32,000 nt of DNA, from the NCBI RefSeq assembly GCF_000010065.1, contig NC_006576.1:1620001-1652000 (forward strand), given 5' to 3'. Source of the DNA: Synechococcus elongatus PCC 6301 (GTDB lineage Bacteria; Cyanobacteriota; Cyanobacteriia; Synechococcales; Synechococcaceae). Shown in pieces: positions 8,752 through 17,977 of this stretch. Each line of letters starts with the position of its first letter. The first letter of the stretch is position 1. The notes under the pieces were generated by a model, which was not told the origin of the DNA, did not search any database, and was given only the letters and a program-made list of their open reading frames with translations. A program made the position numbers and the translations under genes.

Positions 8752-9408
8752 ATGAGCCTTGGATCCCAGGCATTCGGCCAAGCCTTTCCCTCTGACAACT
8801 TCCCAGAACAGCCCCAGGCTGCTGCGTCGCCACAACCTGCGCGAGCAGATAAGGTCGATCAGCAAGTAGTTGCCGTACGGCGCGCCCTAGGGGAGCACTT
8901 AGTCTTGGGCGGCTTTTTGACGAACCTTCAACTCCAGGCAGCACTACAGGATCAATTTTGTTCGGTCAACCAAACCGCAAAGCGGCTGGGAGAGATCTTA
9001 GTCAGTTATGGTTGGGTCTCTGGCAAGGTGATTGATTTTTTCTTGCGTTATCGCTCCCATCACCTGATTCAGCCAGGTAAACAGCTCGGCGATTATCTGC
9101 TTGAGCTGGGTTTGGTTTCGCATGCTGATCTAGATAAGGCCCTTCGACTTCAAAAAACGAGTTATCTAGGTCAGCCTCTCGGCCAAATTTTAGTCAAGTT
9201 TGGCTTAGTTAAAAAACAAACAATTGATTATTTAGTTGATTCCATTATTAAGCCAGAGCTCGCACTGCTCAGTCAGTCGTGGACTGGCCCTGAGGGAACT
9301 TCTAATCCCTATAAATCGAAACCTAATCCCCTAGCTGATGAGGAAGTTTATTTTGATGAACTAACAACTTTCTCAGAAGCCTTTAGTCCTTTCAAAAAGC
9401 GTCAGTAA
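8752..9408 (+). CDS. Hypothetical protein with repeated helical modules reminiscent of the type II secretion GspE/MshE N-terminal domain
   Basis: Repeated pattern: LGEHLVLGGFLTNLQLQAALQDQ / LGEILVSYGWVSGKVIDFFL / LGDYLLELGLVSHADLDKALRLQ / LGQILVKFGLVKKQTIDYLV. Confidence 0.65.
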   Translation: MSLGSQAFGQAFPSDNFPEQPQAAASPQPARADKVDQQVVAVRRALGEHLVLGGFLTNLQLQAALQDQFCSVNQTAKRLGEILVSYGWVSGKVIDFFLRYRSHHLIQPGKQLGDYLLELGLVSHADLDKALRLQKTSYLGQPLGQILVKFGLVKKQTIDYLVDSIIKPELALLSQSWTGPEGTSNPYKSKPNPLADEEVYFDELTTFSEAFSPFKKRQ

Positions 9409-9470
9409 TTTCTTGTTCTTAAAATTGATTATCTAGTTCTCTAGTTCTCTAAGATGGGTAATCACTAAAC

Positions 9471-10058
9471 CTAAATCAAGTAAAGCAATACAAATAAAAC
9501 AATCCAGACGATATCAACAAAGTGCCAATAAATTTCAGCAGCTTCAATGCCGAAATGATGTTGGTCTGAATAATAATCTGGTTGCCGCGATCGCCACAGA
9601 ACAGCCAGAATTGCCAGTAGTCCTACGAGGACGTGTAGGCCGTGGAAGCCAGTTAGGGCGTAAAAAGTGCTGGCAAACAAGTTATCTCTGAGGCCAAATG
9701 TTAACTGGCTATATTCATAAATTTGACCAACTAGAAAAACAACACCCATCAGAGCAGTAATGCCAAAGTAGCGCTGAACCGCTTTGACGTTATTTTGCTT
9801 AATCGCATCTTCAGCGCCATGAATAACAAAGCTACTGCTGATTAAGATGGTTGTGTTAATCGCTGGAATGAGTAGCTCCAGCTCAGGCATTTGCTCTGCG
9901 GGTAATGAATTGACAGCCCGAAAGGTGAGATAGGCAGCAAATAAGCCCAGGAAAATCATCCCTTCGGCAACAAGGAACAGAATGAGCCCAAAGATTCGAT
10001 GATCAGGATGTGCTTCTTCAAGGTGATGAGTTTTTAAGGCTTCCAAAGTGCTTGTCAT
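9471..10058 (-). CDS. ctaE: Cytochrome c oxidase subunit III
   Basis: [61 protein letters not shown]; ATG at 10058 preferred. Confidence 0.93.
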   Translation of the reverse strand: MTSTLEALKTHHLEEAHPDHRIFGLILFLVAEGMIFLGLFAAYLTFRAVNSLPAEQMPELELLIPAINTTILISSSFVIHGAEDAIKQNNVKAVQRYFGITALMGVVFLVGQIYEYSQLTFGLRDNLFASTFYALTGFHGLHVLVGLLAILAVLWRSRQPDYYSDQHHFGIEAAEIYWHFVDIVWIVLFVLLYLI

Positions 10059-10109
10059 AGGAGTTGCTAAGAGTGAGGACTGCAAACAAAGACTGTGTTT
10101 GAACGGCAA

Positions 10110-11735
10110 TTAAGGCTGAATAATTTTGCGATCGCCATAGCCATAGGGATTGGTCACGAGCGGAGCTTCTCCAACCCAATTCTCAACAGGCGGAGGAGAA
10201 CTGGTAAGCCATTCGGGTGTAATGCCTCCCCAAGGGTTAGGACCAGCTTTAGCGCCTGCAATCCAGCTCCAAACTGCATTGATTAGGAAGGGAATTGTGG
10301 AAATAGCCAGGATAAATGAACCAATTGAGCAGATTAAGTTGACCGTGGCAAACTGTGGATCGTATTCAGCCACGCGGCGCGGCATGCCCTGCAAGCCTAG
10401 CCAGTGCATCGGTAAGAAGCAGAGGTTAAAGCCCACAAGCGTCAAGATGAAATGAACTTTTCCCCAGCCCTCATTCAACAGACGCCCAGTCATTTTGGGG
10501 AACCAATGATAGATGCCAGCATAGAGGCCAAAAACACTGCCCCCGAAGAGAACATAGTGGAAGTGCGCAACGACGAAGTAGGTATCGTGAACATGAATAT
10601 CAACAGGAACTGAGGCGAGCATAATGCCGCTCAGCCCTCCAATCACAAACATCGAAATAAAGCCGACACTGAAGAGTAGGGCACTCGTCAGTTGAAGTTT
10701 CCCGCCCCAAAGCGTTGCCAACCAGCTAAAAACTTTAATGCCTGTTGGAACGGCAATGATCATGGTGGCAATCATAAAGAACATTCGCAGCCACGGTGGG
10801 GTACCACTAGTAAACATGTGGTGCGCCCAAACAATTAGGCTCAGGAAGGTAATCGCTAGGCTGGAATAAGCGATCGCTTGATAGCCAAAGATAGGCTTGC
10901 GAGCATGAACTGGCAGAATCTCAGAGATCATGCCAAAAACCGGCAGGATCATAATGTAGACCGCTGGATGAGAATAGAACCAGAACAAGTGCTGATAAAC
11001 GACAGGATTACCACCACCTAATGGATTGAAGAAGTTCGTGCCTACCATTAAGTCAAAGCTGAGCAGAATCAGGGCACCAGCCAAGACTGGCGTCGATAGG
11101 ATTGCCATGATTGAGGTAGATAGCATTGCCCAGCAAAACAATGGCATTTGATTCCATCCCAAGCCAGGGCGGCGCATCTTAATGATTGTGGTGGCAAAGT
11201 TGATAGCGCCCAGGATCGAGGATGTTCCGAGCAGCAGAACACTGAGGATCCAAATCATCTCTCCGGTCTTACCACTCATCAGGCTGAGGGGTGGATAGGA
11301 CGTCCAGCCTGAGCTTGGGGCTTCAACTAAGAAGCTCGCAATTAAGAGAATTCCTGCTGGCGGCAGAAGCCAAAAGGCGACAGCATTCAACTTGGGGAAT
11401 GCCATGTCCCGTGCACCAATTAGCAGGGGAATGAGATAGTTCCCAAAAGCACCACTACCCGCTGGCACGATCCAGAGGAAAATCATGACGGTAGCGTGAA
11501 CCGTGAAGAGTTGGTTGTACAAATCACGGCTGACGACATCCACAGTCGGTGTGGCAAGTTCAAGACGAACTGCTGTCGCTAACGCCCCACCAATTAAATA
11601 AAAGATGAACGTTAAAACTAAATACTGGATGCCAATCACCTTGTGATCGGTACTAAAGCTAAAGTATTCGCGCCAGCCAGTACTACTATGAATTTTTTCC
11701 GGTGACTGATCCGGTAGAAAAGCGGTGGTTGTCAT
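10110..11735 (-). CDS. ctaD: Cytochrome c oxidase subunit I
   Basis: WREYFSFSTDHKVIGIQYLVLTF, QHLFWFYSHPAVYIMILPVFGMISEI, HHMFTSGTPPWLRMFFMIATMIIAVPTGIKVFSW, DTYFVVAHFHYVLFGGSVFGLYAG. Confidence 0.97.
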   Translation of the reverse strand: MTTTAFLPDQSPEKIHSSTGWREYFSFSTDHKVIGIQYLVLTFIFYLIGGALATAVRLELATPTVDVVSRDLYNQLFTVHATVMIFLWIVPAGSGAFGNYLIPLLIGARDMAFPKLNAVAFWLLPPAGILLIASFLVEAPSSGWTSYPPLSLMSGKTGEMIWILSVLLLGTSSILGAINFATTIIKMRRPGLGWNQMPLFCWAMLSTSIMAILSTPVLAGALILLSFDLMVGTNFFNPLGGGNPVVYQHLFWFYSHPAVYIMILPVFGMISEILPVHARKPIFGYQAIAYSSLAITFLSLIVWAHHMFTSGTPPWLRMFFMIATMIIAVPTGIKVFSWLATLWGGKLQLTSALLFSVGFISMFVIGGLSGIMLASVPVDIHVHDTYFVVAHFHYVLFGGSVFGLYAGIYHWFPKMTGRLLNEGWGKVHFILTLVGFNLCFLPMHWLGLQGMPRRVAEYDPQFATVNLICSIGSFILAISTIPFLINAVWSWIAGAKAGPNPWGGITPEWLTSSPPPVENWVGEAPLVTNPYGYGDRKIIQP

Positions 11736-11794
11736 TGCTTGATTGAAAATAGGAGTCGCAGATCGATCGCAAAAAACGAATGTAATTGGCAGGA

Positions 11795-12742
11795 CTAAAG
11801 AGAGGAGGCTAGCTGATGCAGATGATGGAGATGTTCTGGCTCAACCTGAAGATCTAAAGCGGCAGTTGCTGTCTCAAGACGGCTAGGGACAACGGCTGCT
11901 GTCGTAGTTTGTGATTGAATCCAGCGATCGTAATCTTCAGGAGTCTCGACGATGACCTGACTTCTCATCGCGCCGTGATAGCTACCACAGAGTTCTGCGC
12001 AAACAATAGGATAAGTTCCGAGCTGAGTGGGTGTGAACTGCAGACGGGTTCTCTCACCAGGAATGGCATCTTGTTTGAGGCGAAACTGTGGTACCCAAAA
12101 AGCATGGATGACGTCTTGCGCTTCAATCTCAAGCTGAACGCTTTTGCCAAGAGGTAAATGCAGTTCACCGGCAATCAAGTTGTGACTGGGATAGTTAAAA
12201 ATCCAGGCGAACTGGAGGCCCTTGACATTGACTGTGACATCCGGCAGAGCCTCTGTAGGAGCTCCGAGGCCTGCAGAAACCCGAGGAGTACTTTTGGAGT
12301 CCTGGAGTGAATCGCTGGAGAGTTCAGCGGCGATTGCAGAGTCCCGAGGCTGTGCGTGAGCCATGTGTCCGCCGCCGTGTCCCACGGAGAGCCCACCCAT
12401 CGTGGTGTAAACACTAAAGCTATAGACGGAAAGGCCCAAAACAATCACCACTGGAATTCCAGTCCAGAGAATCTCGAGGGCGAGATTGCCATGGATGGGA
12501 GCGGCGTCAGTGACATCGTTGGGTTTACGCCGGAAGCGCCAGAGGATGACAAAAATGAGGCCTTGAACTAGTAAGAAGAGGCCGGTTGCAATCGTCATCA
12601 TGGTATTGAACAAACCATCGACTAGAGGCGCATCTGTCGCGGCTGCAACTGGAAGCAAGCCATGGTTTTGTCCGTACCAAAGGCTTAGACAGGTGATGGC
12701 AACTCCTGCCAGTAGCGTCAAAATATTGCTGGGAATTGCCAC
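11795..12742 (-). CDS. ctaC: Cytochrome c oxidase subunit II with CuA site
   Basis: LEILWTGIPVVIVLGL, WIFNYP, VIHAFWVPQFRLKQDAIPGERTRL, CAELCGSYHGAMRSQVIVE. Confidence 0.95.
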   Translation of the reverse strand: MAIPSNILTLLAGVAITCLSLWYGQNHGLLPVAAATDAPLVDGLFNTMMTIATGLFLLVQGLIFVILWRFRRKPNDVTDAAPIHGNLALEILWTGIPVVIVLGLSVYSFSVYTTMGGLSVGHGGGHMAHAQPRDSAIAAELSSDSLQDSKSTPRVSAGLGAPTEALPDVTVNVKGLQFAWIFNYPSHNLIAGELHLPLGKSVQLEIEAQDVIHAFWVPQFRLKQDAIPGERTRLQFTPTQLGTYPIVCAELCGSYHGAMRSQVIVETPEDYDRWIQSQTTTAAVVPSRLETATAALDLQVEPEHLHHLHQLASSL

Positions 12743-12972
12743 GGAGATTCTCCCTGCACGGGTGCTCCAATCTTAACGACTGTTCCCCGTTAGGCAGGGG
12801 ATTCATTCACTAAAGATGACAATATTTTTCGATTTGCTTTGGGATCATCCCAGCAGTTGGTGTGCATCGATACGAGTTCTGTAGTTATTTGTAATTTAAC
12901 GAGAGAAAAATCCAAAGATCGGCTTCTTTTTGAAGATTTAGCGTTAGGCTTCGACTACATCTGGTGAGGAGT

Positions 12973-13887
12973 ATGACGGTTTCAATCGCCTCTCATCTTC
13001 AGCGTTTCAGCGGGCATTTGGCGATCGCCACTTGGCTTTTGATAGGGATTGGCGGTGCGACCCGTGTCATGAATGCTGGCCTCGCCTGTCCTGACTGGCC
13101 TCTCTGCTATGGGTCTTGGCTGCCTTGGCAGCAGTTCAATTTGCAGGTCTTTCTGGAGTGGTTTCATCGCTTGGATGCGGCGGTAGTGGGTTGTGGCACG
13201 TTGGTGATCGCTCTGGTGGCTTGGCGATCGCGATCGCAACTGCCCCGCTTTTGGCCGTGGGCTGCTACGGGTGCTTTGTTGTTGGTGGGGCTGCAAGCCA
13301 CCCTAGGTGCGCTGACCGTGACAGAACTGCTGCGGTTTGATTTGGTCACTGCTCATCTCGGCACCGCCCTGCTGTTTTTTGTCAGTTTGTTAGGGCTGCA
13401 AGCAGCTCTTCAACCGCGATCGCCGCTCAATGCGGGGCAATCCCTGCCACGGCTGCTACTGCTTGTCACCGCGATCGCTGTCTACGGTCAGTGTCTGCTT
13501 GGTGCCCTAGTGGGCTCGCGATGGGCGTTGCATCAGTGTTTGGCCGGATCTCAGCTTTGTACCGTGCTGCAAAGCCATCTTTGGGGCATTGCGCCAACTA
13601 CCTTGCTCGTAATCAGCCTCAGCGTTGTGGCTTGGCTTCGAGGTCAGCACCGTTGGGCCAGCCAGATAGCTGCCTTGCTGGGGTTGCAGTTGCTCTTGGG
13701 CTGGGGCACCTATTTCTGGCACCTGCAGATTGAACCTTTGACGATTGGTCACCAAATGGTGGGGGCGGCGTTGTTGGGCTGGATTGCCAGCGCCGGCTTC
13801 CGATCGGCATTTAGCCCTCTGTCATCTGTCTCTGAGGAGAAGAACCATGACGTTAAGCAGCGACAGCAGACTGAGGTTCCCGCTTGA
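12973..13887 (+). CDS. ctaA: Heme A synthase (COX15/CtaA)
   Basis: [62 protein letters not shown]. Confidence 0.92.
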
Positions 13888-14803
13888 AGAGGTTGGCGCT
13901 CAGCTTCTGGCCTACTGGCAGCTCACCAAACCGCGCATTATTCTCCTGCTGCTGATCACGACGGCAGCGGGCATGGGATTAGCCGCGCAAGGGCCCCTCG
14001 ATCCTCGCCTGGCGATCGCAACTCTCATCGGTGGAGGCTTGGCTGCCGCCGCCGCCAACACTCTCAACTGCCTCTACGATCGCGACATCGACGCGATCAT
14101 GGAGCGCACGCGCTGGCGTCCCTTACCCTCGGGCCGGATTCAACCGTTCGAAGCTTGGGCCTTTGCCCTTTCCTTGGCGGCCCTGTCCTTCATCCTGCTC
14201 GACTGGCAGGCCAATCAACTAGCCGCCGGTCTGGCACTGGCTGGAATTGTTTTCTACGTCGTGATCTACACCCACGGCCTCAAGCGCCACAGTTCCCAGA
14301 ACATTGTGATTGGAGGCGCTGCCGGCGCAATTCCGCCCTTGGTGGGTTGGGCGGCCGTCACGGGTGAGTTGGCTTGGCCCGCTTGGATCCTGTTTGCCAT
14401 TGTCTGCCTCTGGACGCCGCCTCATTTTTGGGCGCTGGCTCTGATGATTCGCGATGATTATGCGGCGGTCAAAGTGCCGATGTTGCCGGTCGTGGTGGGT
14501 AATGCAGCGACGGCGCAGCAAATTTTGGCCTATGCCGGTCTGCTCTTGCCGACTACGCTGGCCTTGGCTTGGCCACTCGGGGCGGCTGGCCCCTTCTATA
14601 GTGCAACGGCGCTTTTGCTGGGACTGGAACTGTTACGGCGATCGCGGCAACTCTGCCAAGCCCCAGATTCTCGTCCCCTAGCGCGATCGCTGTTCAAGTT
14701 CTCGATTTTTTATCTGATGCTGCTCTGCGGAGCGATCGCCATGGATTGCCTACCGGGAGCCCCCAGCCTCAGCCAAGCGATCGCGGCCTGGCCAGGCTTC
14801 TAG
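13847..14803 (+). CDS. ctaB: Protoheme IX farnesyltransferase
   Basis: [85 protein letters not shown] at 13847 lies inside the ctaA 3' end (41-nt overlap). Confidence 0.95.
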
Positions 14804-14946
14804 TCAAGGAGCGATGAGACTGAGGCATTCGCTTTGGCCTAGGAAGCGTGGTCATTAGTGCAGTCGCGACCCAAAAAGTGCAGCCAGTGCGACAGCCGTA
14901 CCAAGACCTGCGACGATATCTTGTCTAGCAATTTCTGTCCGTTCTG

Positions 14947-15300
14947 ATGCCGCTGATTAAACTGCAAACTTCGATTGCTGCGCTGCCCAGCGATCAAACG
15001 ACCAGCCTGTTGCAGTCCCTATCTACGACCTTGGCGCAGCAACTGGGGAAACCCGAGCGCTACGTGATGACGCTGCTGGAAACTGATGTGCCGATGACCT
15101 TTGCCGGCACTACGGCTCCAGCTTGCTATGTGGAGATCAAGAGTGTTGGGCAGATGAAGCCCACTCAGACTGCCCAGATGAGCCGCCTCTTCTGCAACCA
15201 GATTGCCTCAGAACTGGGCATTGCCAGCGATCGCATCTACATTGAATTTGCTGATGCCCAGGGCTACCTCTGGGGTTGGAACGGTTCAACGTTTGGCTGA
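14947..15300 (+). CDS. Macrophage migration inhibitory factor (MIF)/phenylpyruvate tautomerase family protein
   Basis: 117 aa starting MPLIKLQTSIAAL (catalytic-type Pro1), KPERYVMTLLETDVPMTFAGTTAPACYVEIKSVG, IYIEFADAQGYLWGWNGSTFG. Confidence 0.85.
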   Translation: MPLIKLQTSIAALPSDQTTSLLQSLSTTLAQQLGKPERYVMTLLETDVPMTFAGTTAPACYVEIKSVGQMKPTQTAQMSRLFCNQIASELGIASDRIYIEFADAQGYLWGWNGSTFG

Positions 15301-16376
15301 TGCAGCAGCGTCCTCATCTCTATGTTGCGATTACCAATCATGGGTTTGGCCATGCAACCCGGACCGCTGCAGTCCTGGCTGAATTGCATCGCTTGCGACC
15401 CGATGTGCGGTTCACCGTTGCGACCCAAGCGCCCCGTTGGTTGTTGGCCTCCTACTTCGGCGGTGACTTTGAGCAACGACCGGTGGCTCTTGATGTGGGA
15501 GTTGTCCAGTCCGATAGTCTACAGATCGATCGCACGGCGACTTGGGAGCGGTTGCAGCACCTTCAAGCCCAGCAGGATAGCTTGATTGAGCAAGAGGCTG
15601 CCTATCTTCAACAAGAGCAAGTGCAGTTAGTTCTGGCTGATATCCCACCCCTAGCGATCGCGATCGCAGCCAAAGCGCAGCTGCCCTGCTGGATGATGGG
15701 GAACTTTGGCTGGGATTTTATCTACGCTGATTGGGGGCACCCATTTGTCGAAATAGTCGACTGGATTCGACATCTCTACAAGGATTGCGATCGCCTGTTC
15801 CGCCTGCCCTTCCATGAGCCAATGCAGAGTTTCCCAGTGCAGGAAGCCGTGGGCCTGACTGGAGGATCGCCCCAGTTTTCCGACTGGGATCTGCGCCAGC
15901 GTTTTGATCTCAGTGCTGATGCCAAGACTGTCCTGCTCACCTTTGGCGGCTTGGGCTTGCAGCAGTTTCCCTACGATACTCTGCAGGCCTTTCCCGACTG
16001 GCAGTTTCTCAGTTTCGATCGCCAGGCACCGGATCTTCCCAATCTACGGACGATCCGCGATCCGATCTACCGTCCGGTTGACTTCATGCCGATCTGCGAC
16101 TGGGTTTTTTGCAAGCCGGGCTATGGCACCTTTTCAGAAGCCTGTCGGGTTCAAGCCCCGATCGCCTCTCTGACGCGAACCGGCTTCGCCGAGGCAGAAC
16201 TTTTGCTGCAGAGCTTGCAGACGATCGCCCCCCACGCCATTCTCAGCCCTGAAGCTTGCGTTGCCGGTGACTGGTCTGTGCTTAAGGAGCCTCCCCAGCC
16301 ACCACTGCAGGAGTTGCCTTGGTACCGAGATGGCAACCGTCAAATTGCCGAAGCGATTGCCGAAGCCCTGAACTAG
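15300..16376 (+). CDS. MurG/UGT-like glycosyltransferase family protein
   Basis: VAITNHGFGHATRTAAVLAELHRLRPDVRFTV, VFCKPGYGTFSEACRVQAPIASLTRTGFAEAELL. The ATG overlaps the upstream tautomerase stop codon (TGATG). Confidence 0.75.
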   Translation: MQQRPHLYVAITNHGFGHATRTAAVLAELHRLRPDVRFTVATQAPRWLLASYFGGDFEQRPVALDVGVVQSDSLQIDRTATWERLQHLQAQQDSLIEQEAAYLQQEQVQLVLADIPPLAIAIAAKAQLPCWMMGNFGWDFIYADWGHPFVEIVDWIRHLYKDCDRLFRLPFHEPMQSFPVQEAVGLTGGSPQFSDWDLRQRFDLSADAKTVLLTFGGLGLQQFPYDTLQAFPDWQFLSFDRQAPDLPNLRTIRDPIYRPVDFMPICDWVFCKPGYGTFSEACRVQAPIASLTRTGFAEAELLLQSLQTIAPHAILSPEACVAGDWSVLKEPPQPPLQELPWYRDGNRQIAEAIAEALN

Positions 16377-16852
16377 TTAGGGCTAGAGTCCCAAGTGCAG
16401 TAGGGTGTGAAGCTCAGGTAGGCATTACCGTAGCGGCGATCGTGACTGACTTCCGCGCCAACCCAGTCCGGTAGAGCAAAGACTTCCTCAGGATCCGACA
16501 GTTCAATCTCAGCCACGATTAGCCCCTGATTCTGTCCCTGAAATTCATCGACTTCCCAGAGGTGGCCCGCATGTTCAACGCGATAGCGCTGCTTCTCGAC
16601 CAGAAAGCCCTGGCACAGGCTAGCCAGCATTTCCTCGGCATCTGCTAAGGCAATCGGGTATTCATACTCCGATCGCGAGATGCCTAGCATGGGCCCTTTG
16701 ATCGTTAGATAGCCGCGATCGCCTGCAACCCGCACTCGAATGGTGCGATTGCCATCCGCGAGTAAGTAACCCTGACGGTAGGGAACCCCCAAAGATCCCT
16801 GACGCCAACCATCACCCTGGACGAGAAACTTACGCTCAATTTCCGTTGCCAT
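16373..16852 (-). CDS. CYTH domain protein (inorganic triphosphatase/class IV adenylate cyclase-like)
   Basis: MATEIERKFLV (EXEXK motif), RVRVAGDRGYLTIKGP, EYEYPI, VEKQRYRVEHAGHLWEVDEFQGQNQGLIVAEIEL. Confidence 0.9.
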   Translation of the reverse strand: MATEIERKFLVQGDGWRQGSLGVPYRQGYLLADGNRTIRVRVAGDRGYLTIKGPMLGISRSEYEYPIALADAEEMLASLCQGFLVEKQRYRVEHAGHLWEVDEFQGQNQGLIVAEIELSDPEEVFALPDWVGAEVSHDRRYGNAYLSFTPYCTWDSSPN

Positions 16853-16864
16853 CCCGGTACTAAC

Positions 16865-17956
16865 CTAGGGAAGAATTGGCGTGATCTCTGTGGCCACTCC
16901 TGCTTCACGCCCGCTTTGCCAAGGTCGCCCATCCAGCGCCATCGTTTCAATTTCGCGGGCCAAGCGCAGCGCTTTAATTGCCTGCTCACCGCCAACGGAG
17001 GGCTGGTCGCCGCCACGCACGCAGTTGACGAAATGCTCCAGCTCAGCGTGCAACGGTTCGATATTGCTGGTTGAAACTTTCTCAATCAGACCATCTTGGC
17101 GGTAGAGCACTTGGCCATAGTCACTCGACAGATGGGTCGTTGTTTGGCGGTGAATCAGAATTTCGCTGTTGAGAAAATCTGCTTCAGTCAGGCAGTTGCG
17201 GCAGTGAGCAGCAATGCGGCGGATCTTGCGATGGGTGACTTTGCTGGCCGTCAGAGTAGCGATGATGCCGTTAGCAAAACTCAGGGTCGCTGTCACATAG
17301 TCCAGTTGCTCAGAACCCAAAGCCTTGCTGCCGCGCGCACTGACTTGGGTGACGGGTGCATTAGCTAGAGCCAGTAACAAGTCAATGTCATGGATCATCA
17401 AATCCAAGACAACGGAGACATCGTTAGCCCGCTGAGCGTAGGGGCTCATCCGATGAGCTTCCAAAGCCAGAATTTCTTCAGTCTTGAGGACTTTGCTCAG
17501 CTCTTGGAAAGCGGGGTTAAAGCGCTCGATATGGCCGACTTGGAGAATGCATTGGGCTTCCGCTGCTGCATTGACCAAGGATTCTGCCTCGGCCAAGCTG
17601 GCTGCGATCGGTTTTTCGATCAGTACATGGACGCCAGCCGCCAAACAGGTCATGCCCACATCGTGATGCAGCTTGGTGGGAACGGCGATACAGACCGCAT
17701 CGACCAGCGTTAAAAGCTCCCGATAGTCTTCGAAGTAGCGAATCCGATAGTTGCTGGCAGTTTCTAGGCCTCGCTCGACATCAACATCAGCGATTCCAAC
17801 GAGCTCAACATCTTTCAAAAAGCTAAGGACACGGGCATGGTGTTGGCCCATGTGACCGACGCCAATCACGCCGACGCGGATCGGCTTGACCCGCTTGCTG
17901 AGGGCTTGCGCAGCAGCTGCACTCATCCCAGACTTCTCCAGCGAGAACCGCTCCAA
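16865..17956 (-). CDS. Gfo/Idh/MocA family oxidoreductase
   Basis: IRVGVIGVGHMGQHHARVLSFLKDVELVGIADVD, HVLIEKPIAASLAEAESLV, GHIERFNPAF, DVVLDLMIHDIDLLLAL. Start may be 17926 (MSAAAAQALS). Confidence 0.9.
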   Translation of the reverse strand: MERFSLEKSGMSAAAAQALSKRVKPIRVGVIGVGHMGQHHARVLSFLKDVELVGIADVDVERGLETASNYRIRYFEDYRELLTLVDAVCIAVPTKLHHDVGMTCLAAGVHVLIEKPIAASLAEAESLVNAAAEAQCILQVGHIERFNPAFQELSKVLKTEEILALEAHRMSPYAQRANDVSVVLDLMIHDIDLLLALANAPVTQVSARGSKALGSEQLDYVTATLSFANGIIATLTASKVTHRKIRRIAAHCRNCLTEADFLNSEILIHRQTTTHLSSDYGQVLYRQDGLIEKVSTSNIEPLHAELEHFVNCVRGGDQPSVGGEQAIKALRLAREIETMALDGRPWQSGREAGVATEITPILP

Positions 17957-17977
17957 GGCAGGGCACGGCTAAGACAG

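Noticed and set aside
8478-8798. 106-aa minus-strand ORF in the thrS downstream gap
   Set aside because: Composition is not protein-like and it overlaps the start of 8752-9408; no supporting motif.
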